Below are positions 40,106-41,033 of a stretch of DNA of 41,033 nucleotides, in pieces. This stretch comes from an uncultured Candidatus Saccharibacteria bacterium (lineage in GTDB: Bacteria; Patescibacteriota; Minisyncoccia; Phycocordibacterales; SBAW01), in the NCBI GenBank assembly GCA_964363205.1, contig CAYIHD010000002.1, positions 13,988 through 55,020 of the forward strand. The letters run 5' to 3'. Made by a program: the position numbers and the translations under genes. The notes under the pieces are model-generated. The model had not been told where the DNA came from, ran no database searches, and saw only the letters and a program-made list of their open reading frames with translations. Each line of letters begins with the position of its first letter. The stretch's first letter is position 1.

Positions 40106-41033
40106 TAGCTTCGGCGATGCTCGCGGCATCAAGGCCATAGTGCTGTATCAATTCCTCCGGCGTGCCCGACTGCCCAAACTGGTCGCGCACGCCGACAAAC
40201 TCGACAGGCACCGGACACTCCGCGGCAAGCAGCTCGGCGATAGCACTGCCGAACCCGCCGGCAACTTGATGCTCCTCTACCGTCACCACCGCTCCGGCGG
40301 CGCGCGCGGCGGAAATAATCGCCTCTTTGTCTAACGGCTTTATGGTGTGGACGTTTATAACAACCGTCGGGACCGCGTGTTCCAGCTCTTTGGCGGCGCA
40401 CAGCGCGTTGTATAGCAGAGGCCCCGTAGCAAATACGACAACCTCCGGCGCGTGGTCCGCCTCCCACACGGTATTTGCTTTTCCTATTTCAAATGGCGTT
40501 TCTGCGGCGGTCATGACCGGCGTCTTTTCGCGAGCCAACCGGATGTACACCGGCCCCGGGTGCGCGGCGGCGGCAAGCGTCGCCTTGTACGCCTCTTGCT
40601 CGTCGCACGGACTAAGTACGGTCATGTTCGGCTGTACGCGCATAAGCGCGATGTCCTCCAACGCCTGATGCGTCGCGCCGTCGGGACCAACCGAGAGCCC
40701 GGCATGACTGCCGACAATTTTTACGCCGAGATTGTTTAAAGAAATGGTCGTGCGTATCTGCTCGTTATTCCGGCCTGGGGAAAAGGTCGCGTACGACGCC
40801 ATAAACGGGACCTTGCCGTAGTTGGCAAGACCGCTCGCCACGGTCGCCATGTTTTGCTCCGCGACGCCCATCTCGATATATCGCTCCGGATACTTTTCTT
40901 TAAACGCGAGCATGCGCGTGCTCTCCGCCAAGTCGGCGCACAGCGCCACCACCTGCGGGTTGCTGGCTCCAAGCTCCAGCAGAGCCCTTCCGAACCCGTC
41001 GCGCGTATGCGCCATGTTTGGTGTATCACTCAT
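40077..41033 (-). CDS. transketolase C-terminal subunit (pyrimidine-binding plus C-terminal domains of a split transketolase)
   Basis: Contains YIEMGVAEQNM and GPDGATHQALEDIALMR. 318 aa. The ATG sits exactly at the window edge. Overlaps the kinase 3' end by 29 nt (convergent). Confidence 0.88.
   Translation of the reverse strand: MSDTPNMAHTRDGFGRALLELGASNPQVVALCADLAESTRMLAFKEKYPERYIEMGVAEQNMATVASGLANYGKVPFMASYATFSPGRNNEQIRTTISLNNLGVKIVGSHAGLSVGPDGATHQALEDIALMRVQPNMTVLSPCDEQEAYKATLAAAAHPGPVYIRLAREKTPVMTAAETPFEIGKANTVWEADHAPEVVVFATGPLLYNALCAAKELEHAVPTVVINVHTIKPLDKEAIISAARAAGAVVTVEEHQVAGGFGSAIAELLAAECPVPVEFVGVRDQFGQSGTPEELIQHYGLDAASIAEAIKKVRQRKG

Overview
GC-rich bacterial chromosomal window. 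Most of it is housekeeping genes with cut-down domain architectures, a set typical of Candidate Phyla Radiation / Patescibacteria (Parcubacteria-like) genomes: EF-Ts of 151 aa, ThrRS of 411 aa with no editing domain, PheT without the OB-fold domain, a 710-aa SMC with no visible hinge, a 992-aa DnaE, and a NusB-Nudix fusion. The standard genetic code applies, since TGA is used as a stop. I found one tRNA-Thr(UGU) and no rRNA or CRISPR array. Gene order: trmD / KH protein / rpsP, rnr, an aminotransferase, smc, rnc, nusB-Nudix, rpmF, rnhB, dnaE, thrS, gyrB, pheST, a GT2 glycosyltransferase, tsf-rpsB, capA-prfA-rpmE, a lytic transglycosylase, rplY, and fba / PfkB kinase / split transketolase. Accessory content: (1) a REP-like perfect palindrome present four times. 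Two copies flank a single HUH/Y1 (RAYT-like) transposase, one pair brackets a small gene that needs a -1 frameshift at A_AAA_AAC, and one copy lies in frame inside the essential trmD gene. (2) A sortase / cell-surface cluster (17.5-21.2 kb) that includes a tandem-repeat protein with an internal VPYTG + TM + KK sorting-signal-like segment. (3) An AT-richer ~0.8-kb island next to tRNA-Thr that encodes a NUMOD3 / PD-(D/E)xK endonuclease-like protein. (4) Several Shine-Dalgarno-led genes that look foreign, for example a YbjN-like protein between rnc and smc. A genome-style signal runs through the window: many native genes and the tRNA carry a TGnTAnnnT (extended -10) box 6-10 nt from the start codon and have no SD, which implies leaderless mRNAs. 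The accessory genes instead carry strong GGAGG-type SDs. All family calls come from motif recognition by eye and from memory. No searches were run.
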